Shown piece after piece: positions 1 to 3,255 of a stretch of 3,255 nucleotides of DNA. The stretch's first letter is position 1. The number at the start of each line of letters is the position of its first letter. The stretch is from a virus (lineage: Duplodnaviria; Heunggongvirae; Uroviricota; Caudoviricetes), in the IMG/VR virus record IMGVR_UViG_2563366800_000004; one strand, written 5' to 3'. A program made the position numbers and the translations under genes. The notes under the pieces were generated by a model that was not told the DNA's origin, did no database searches, and saw only the letters and a list, made by a program, of their open reading frames with translations.

Positions 1-216
1 ATGAAATCCATGGATAAGTTAACAACGGGCATTGCCTACGGCACCTCCGCAGGCAGTGCTGGCTACTGGTTTTTACAGCTGCTCGATAAAGTCACGCCCT
101 CACAGTGGGCAGCAATAGGTGTGCTGGGTAGCCTGGTATTTGGCCTGCTGACGTACCTGACAAACCTTTATTTCAAGATTAAAGAAGATAAGCGCAAGGC
201 TGCGAGAGGTGAATAA
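1..216 (+). CDS. S: Class II holin (pinholin) of the phage 21 S type, 71 aa, with dual-start motif
   Basis: ORF 1-216 translates to [71 protein letters not shown]. By recall this closely resembles the phage 21 S holin and the essD-type holins of E. coli cryptic prophages. Two in-frame start codons (ATG 1-3 and ATG 10-12) are separated by a Lys codon, giving the Met-Lys-Ser-Met dual-start arrangement. Two hydrophobic segments are followed by a basic C-terminus ([13 protein letters not shown]). The stop TAA (214-216) overlaps the next ATG (216-218). The gene begins at base 1, so its upstream promoter and RBS are not visible. Confidence 0.9.
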   Translation: MKSMDKLTTGIAYGTSAGSAGYWFLQLLDKVTPSQWAAIGVLGSLVFGLLTYLTNLYFKIKEDKRKAARGE

Positions 217-713
217 TGCCTCCATCATTACGAAAAGCCGTTGCTGCTGCTATTGGTGGCGGAGCAATTGCTATAGCATCAGTGTTAATCACTGGCCCAA
301 GTGGTAACGATGGTCTGGAAGGTGTCAGCTACATACCATACAAAGATATCGTTGGCGTATGGACTGTATGTCACGGGCATACAGGAAAAGACATCATTCC
401 CGGTAAAACGTATACCGAAGCAGAATGCAAAGCCCTCCTGAATAAAGACCTTGCCACGGTAGCCAGACAAATTAACCCGTACATCAAAGTCGATATACCG
501 GAAACAACGCGCGGCGCTCTTTACTCGTTCGTCTATAACGTGGGCGCAGGCAATTTCAGAACATCTACTCTTCTTCGCAAAATAAACCAGGGCGATATCA
601 AGGGCGCATGTGACCAGCTACGTCGCTGGGCATACGCTGGCGGTAAGCAATGGAAAGGCCTGATGACTCGTCGTGAGATTGAGCGTGAGGTCTGTTTGTG
701 GGGGCAACAATGA
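216..713 (+). CDS. R: SAR (signal-anchor-release) endolysin, T4-lysozyme-like muramidase, 165 aa
   Basis: ORF 216-713. The N-terminus [27 protein letters not shown] is a Gly/Ala-rich, weakly hydrophobic segment after a short basic stretch, typical of a SAR domain. Counting residues gives Glu35, Asp44 and Thr50 ([18 protein letters not shown]), the spacing of the T4-lysozyme/R21 catalytic triad. A purine-rich RBS GAGAGGTG (203-210) sits 5 nt upstream of the ATG. The start overlaps the holin stop (TAATG). Confidence 0.9.
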   Translation: MPPSLRKAVAAAIGGGAIAIASVLITGPSGNDGLEGVSYIPYKDIVGVWTVCHGHTGKDIIPGKTYTEAECKALLNKDLATVARQINPYIKVDIPETTRGALYSFVYNVGAGNFRTSTLLRKINQGDIKGACDQLRRWAYAGGKQWKGLMTRREIEREVCLWGQQ

Positions 714-751
714 GCAGGGTACCGGCGATCCGGCGCGTGAGTTCACCATGA
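710..751 (+). pseudogene. Rz (i-spanin) start stump: 13 codons then stop
   Basis: ATG at 710-712 overlaps the endolysin stop TGA (711-713) as ATGA, the usual R/Rz arrangement. The first codons (ATGAGCAGGG, Met-Ser-Arg) resemble the lambda Rz start as I recall it, but the frame stops at 749-751 and the downstream sequence is capsid-gene 3' end. No Rz1 lipoprotein ORF is present. Confidence 0.45.
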
Positions 752-816
752 TTCAGTCAGCACCGCTGATGCTGCTGGCTGATCCTGATGAGTTCGTGTC
801 CGTTCAACTGGCGTAA
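721..816 (+). pseudogene. 3' terminal fragment (about 31 codons) of a lambda-E-like major capsid protein gene
   Basis: In the frame with codons at 724, 727 and onward, the sequence reads GDPAREFTMIQSAPLMLLADPDEFVSVQLA and then TAA (814-816). This matches my recollection of the C-terminus of the lambda major capsid protein gpE. There is no start codon and no upstream capsid sequence; homology appears to begin near 719-724. Confidence 0.6.
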
Positions 817-818
817 TC

Positions 819-836
819 ATGGCCCTTCGGGGCCAT
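819..836. other. Intergenic stem-loop: 7-bp perfect stem ATGGCCC/GGGCCAT closing a TTCG tetraloop
   Basis: Read directly: ATGGCCC (819-825), TTCG (826-829), GGGCCAT (830-836), which are exact reverse complements with a C-G closing pair on a UUCG loop. It lies between the capsid-gene stop (816) and the FI RBS (848-854) and is followed by a moderately T-rich stretch TGTTTCTCTGTGG. Confidence 0.5.
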
Positions 837-857
837 TGTTTCTCTGTGGAGGAGTCC

Positions 858-1256
858 ATGACGAAAGATGAACTGATTGCCCGTCTCCGCTCGCTGGGTG
901 AACAACTGAACCGTGATGTCAGCCTGACGGGGACGAAAGAAGAACTGGCGCTCCGTGTGGCAGAGCTGAAAGAGGAGCTTGATGACACGGATGAAACTGC
1001 CGGTCAGGACACCCCTCTCAGCCGGGAAAATGTGCTGACCGGACATGAAAATGAGGTGGGATCAGCGCAGCCGGATACCGTGATTCTGGATACGTCTGAA
1101 CTGGTCACGGTCGTGGCACTGGTGAAGCTGCATACTGATGCACTTCACGCCACGCGGGATGAACCTGTGGCATTTGTGCTGCCGGGAACGGCGTTTCGTG
1201 TCTCTGCCGGTGTGGCAGCCGAAATGACAGAGCGCGGCCTGGCCAGAATGCAATAA
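858..1256 (+). CDS. FI: Lambda FI-like DNA-packaging / head assembly accessory protein, 132 aa
   Basis: From ATG 858-860 the protein begins MTKDELIARLRSLGEQLNRDVSLTGTKEELALRVAELKEELDD, which matches my recollection of lambda gpFI; stop TAA at 1254-1256. RBS GGAGGAG (848-854) lies 3-5 nt upstream. The ORF track's longer form from 819 starts inside the hairpin and lacks an RBS, so 858 is preferred. Confidence 0.85.
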   Translation: MTKDELIARLRSLGEQLNRDVSLTGTKEELALRVAELKEELDDTDETAGQDTPLSRENVLTGHENEVGSAQPDTVILDTSELVTVVALVKLHTDALHATRDEPVAFVLPGTAFRVSAGVAAEMTERGLARMQ

Positions 1257-1267
1257 CGGGAGGCGCT

Positions 1268-1621
1268 GTGGCTGATTTCGATAACCTGTTCGATGCTGCC
1301 ATTGCCCGCGCCGATGAAACGATACGCGGGTACATGGGAACGTCAGCCACCATTACATCCGGTGAGCAGTCAGGTGCGGTGATACGTGGTGTTTTTGATG
1401 ACCCTGAAAATATCAGCTATGCCGGACAGGGCGTGCGCGTTGAAGGCTCCAGCCCGTCCCTGTTTGTCCGGACTGATGAGGTGCGGCAGCTGCGGCGTGG
1501 AGACACGCTGACCATCGGTGAGGAAAATTTCTGGGTAGATCGGGTTTCGCCGGATGATGGCGGAAGCTGTCATCTCTGGCTTGGACGGGGCGTACCGCCT
1601 GCCGTTAACCGTCGCCGCTGA
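1268..1621 (+). CDS. FII: Lambda FII-like head-tail joining (head completion) protein, 117 aa, GTG start
   Basis: From GTG 1268-1270 the protein reads MADFDNLFDAAIARADETIRGYMGTSATITSGEQSGAVIRGVFDDPENISYAGQG..., matching my recollection of lambda gpFII (117 aa). RBS GGGAGG (1258-1263) lies 4 nt upstream. Stop TGA at 1619-1621. Confidence 0.85.
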   Translation: MADFDNLFDAAIARADETIRGYMGTSATITSGEQSGAVIRGVFDDPENISYAGQGVRVEGSSPSLFVRTDEVRQLRRGDTLTIGEENFWVDRVSPDDGGSCHLWLGRGVPPAVNRRR

Positions 1622-1632
1622 AAGGGGGATGT

Positions 1633-1761
1633 ATGGCCATAAAAGGTCTTGAGCAGGCCGTTGAAAACCTCAGCCGTATCAGCAGAACGGCGGTGCCCGG
1701 TGCCGCCGCAATGGCCATTAACCGCGCTGACAGACAATACGCAGGGGGCAACAGGTCTTGA
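1633..1761 (+). pseudogene. Truncated lambda Z-like tail-completion gene: about 31 authentic N-terminal codons, then out-of-frame junction sequence and stop
   Basis: ATG 1633-1635 is preceded by AGGGGG (1623-1628). The translation [31 protein letters not shown] matches the lambda gpZ N-terminus as I recall it, then continues as [11 protein letters not shown] and stops at TGA 1759-1761. Intact Z is about 192 aa. Confidence 0.6.
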
Positions 1762-2671
1762 GTTATACGAGGTGTATAACAACGGATATCCAACAGCGTA
1801 TGGAAATATCATTCACCTGAAAGGGATGACAGCCGTTGGCGAAGGTGAGTTACTCATCGGCTGGAGTGGTACAAGCGGTGCTCATGCTCCGGCATTTATT
1901 CGTTCACGACGGGATACGACCGACGCAAACTGGTCGCCGCGGGCGCAGCTTTACACCTCGGCTCATCCTCCTGCAGAGTTTTATCCAGTCGGCGCACCAA
2001 TCCCGTGGCCATCAGATACCGTTCCGTCTGGTTATGCCCTGATGCAGGGGCAGACTTTTGACAAATCTGCCTACCCGAAACTTGCAGCCGCTTATCCGTC
2101 AGGCGTGATCCCTGATATGCGTGGCTGGACGATTAAGGGCAAGCCCGCCAGTGGTCGTGCCGTATTGTCTCAGGAACAGGACGGCATAAAATCGCATACC
2201 CACAGCGCCAGCGCATCCAGTACTGATTTGGGGACGAAAACCACATCGTCGTTTGATTACGGCACTAAATCCACGAATAACACTGGTGCGCATACCCATA
2301 GTTTAAGTGGCAGCACGAATGCAGCTGGTAATCACAGCCATAGAGATGGCCGTCGATTTAACCCCAGTGTTTTTAAAGATACTTATCAATATGGTTATAC
2401 AAGCTCAGGTCAAAATACCTGGGGTGTACAAGGCTCAGTAGGTATGTCTACGGGGGCGTTAGCTAATACCAGTACAGATGGTAATCATAGCCACTCACTG
2501 TCCGGCACCGCAGCATCTGCAGGTGCACACGCACATACTGTCGGTATTGGTGCTCATACGCACTCCGTTGCGATTGGTTCACATGGACACACCATCACCG
2601 TTAACGCTGCTGGTAACGCGGAAAACACCGTCAAAAACATCGCATTTAACTATATTGTGAGGCTTGCATAA
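1727..2671 (+). pseudogene. stf: C-terminal ~314 codons of a side tail fibre (Stf) gene, including the receptor-binding tip with HxH motifs; no start codon of its own
   Basis: The frame with codons at 1730, 1733 and onward reads ...[23 protein letters not shown]...[56 protein letters not shown]...[31 protein letters not shown] and stops at TAA 2669-2671. The PIPWP block and the [11 protein letters not shown] terminus are as I recall for lambda/Rac-type Stf C-termini. The frame stays open upstream only as far as a TTG at 1649 inside the Z stump, with no convincing RBS. The first in-frame ATG (1826-1828) has GGG immediately adjacent, which is poor spacing. Confidence 0.8.
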
Positions 2672-3255
2672 TGGCATTCAGAATGAGTGAACAACCACGG
2701 ACCATAACAATTTATAATCTGCTGGCCGGAACTAATGAATTTATTGGTGAAGGTGATGCATATATTCCGCCTCATACAGGTCTGCCAGCAAACAGTACCG
2801 ATATTGCACCGCCAGATATTCCGGCTGGCTTTGTGGCTGTTTTCAACAGTGATGAGGCATCGTGGCATCTCGTTGAAGATCATCGGGGAAAAACCGTCTA
2901 TGACGTGGCTTCCGGCGACGCGTTATTTATTTCTGAACTTGGCTCGTTACCGGAAAATGTCACCTGGTTATCGCCGGAAGGGGAATATCAGAAGTGGAAC
3001 GGCACAGCCTGGGTGAAGGATACGGAAGCAGAAAAACTGTTCCGGATCCGGGAGGCGGAAGAAACAAAAAACAGCCTGATGCAGGTAGCCAGTGAGCATA
3101 TAGCGCCACTTCAGGATGCTATAGATCTGGAGATCGCAACGGAGGAAGAAACCTCATTGCTGGAAGCCTGGAAAAAATATCGGGTGTTGCTGAACCGTGT
3201 TAATACAACAACTGCACCGGATATTGAATGGCCAACAGTACCCATTATCGAATAG
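2671..3255 (+). CDS. tfa: Tail fibre assembly protein (Tfa), 194 aa
   Basis: ATG 2671-2673 overlaps the stf stop (TAATG). The protein [54 protein letters not shown]...[30 protein letters not shown] matches my recollection of lambda Tfa (orf-194) with scattered substitutions. RBS-like GAGG (2659-2662) lies about 8 nt upstream. Stop TAG at 3253-3255 is the last codon of the window. Confidence 0.9.
   Translation: MAFRMSEQPRTITIYNLLAGTNEFIGEGDAYIPPHTGLPANSTDIAPPDIPAGFVAVFNSDEASWHLVEDHRGKTVYDVASGDALFISELGSLPENVTWLSPEGEYQKWNGTAWVKDTEAEKLFRIREAEETKNSLMQVASEHIAPLQDAIDLEIATEEETSLLEAWKKYRVLLNRVNTTTAPDIEWPTVPIIE

Noticed and set aside
717-722. KpnI site GGTACC at junction 1, window boundaries on gene ends, and a possible gene-boundary breakpoint at junction 2, as signs of an engineered or artificially concatenated construct
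   Set aside because: A single 6-bp site is expected by chance about once per 4 kb. Both junctions leave authentic partial codons, which is more typical of illegitimate recombination in a decaying prophage than of cloning. I cannot verify the lambda coordinates from memory. The decisive check is alignment to lambda and phage 21 reference sequences.
819-850. The hairpin as a strong Rho-independent terminator ending late transcription
   Set aside because: The 3' tract is interrupted (TGTTTCTCTG) rather than a clean run of T, and FI, FII and tfa downstream would need transcription from the same late promoter. A full terminator here is unlikely; at most a partial terminator or stability element.
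819-857. Extended FI start at ATG 819 (the 145-aa version in the ORF track)
   Set aside because: ATG 819-821 is the 5' arm of the hairpin, has no RBS, and would add 13 residues (MALRGHCFSVEES) absent from lambda FI. ATG 858 with the GGAGGAG RBS gives the 132-aa product.
1649-1726. TTG 1649 as the true start of a 340-aa tail fibre protein
   Set aside because: The first ~26 codons of that frame are an out-of-frame read of the Z start region, not fibre sequence, and the TTG has no convincing RBS (AAAAGG with 2-nt spacing). The long ORF is an open frame spanning a deletion junction, not evidence of a translated gene.
285-1812. Minus-strand ORFs 285-470, 743-988, 804-1046, 1062-1253, 1105-1353, 1370-1573, 1570-1812 and 1605-1793 (61-82 aa each)
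   Set aside because: All lie antisense to, and wholly within, the well-supported + strand genes (endolysin, FI, FII, Z/stf). None has a recognisable RBS or protein-family signature, and several translations are low-complexity (Ser/Arg-rich). They are the expected by-product of GC-rich coding sequence on the opposite strand.
2099-2883. Minus-strand ORFs 2099-2299 and 2650-2883
   Set aside because: Antisense to the stf fragment and tfa, with no start context and no recognisable domains; treated as spurious.
1836-3016. Alternative-frame + strand ORFs 1836-2042, 2478-2660 and 2735-3016
   Set aside because: They are out of frame inside the stf fragment and tfa, whose own frames give long recognisable proteins; these are frame-shadow ORFs.
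1-3255. CRISPR arrays, tRNA/rRNA genes, IS elements or integrase/att sites
   Set aside because: No direct-repeat/spacer periodicity, no tRNA-like cloverleaf segments, and no transposase or integrase-like ORF found by inspection; the window is essentially fully occupied by the phage late-gene fragments.

Overview
The whole window is one co-directional (+ strand) block of lambdoid-phage late genes that has been heavily pruned, most consistent with a defective prophage remnant. In order: a phage-21-type lysis pair (dual-start pinholin 1-216, SAR endolysin 216-713); a 13-codon Rz start stump (710-751) abutting the last ~31 codons of a lambda-E-like major capsid gene (about 721-816); a cUUCGg-type hairpin (819-836); intact FI-like (858-1256) and FII-like (1268-1621) genes; a Z start stump (1633-1761) joined out of frame to the C-terminal ~314 codons of a side tail fibre gene (about 1727-2671) carrying seven HxH motifs; and an intact tail-fibre assembly gene tfa (2671-3255). 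Between these pieces the spanins, bor, cos, terminase, portal, scaffold, decoration protein, most of the capsid gene and the entire tail module are absent. I see no rRNA, tRNA, CRISPR array or IS element. All gene identifications rest on my recall of lambda and phage 21 protein sequences plus reading-frame and ribosome-binding-site inspection; no database search or computation was run, so the two junction positions are approximate to a few bases.
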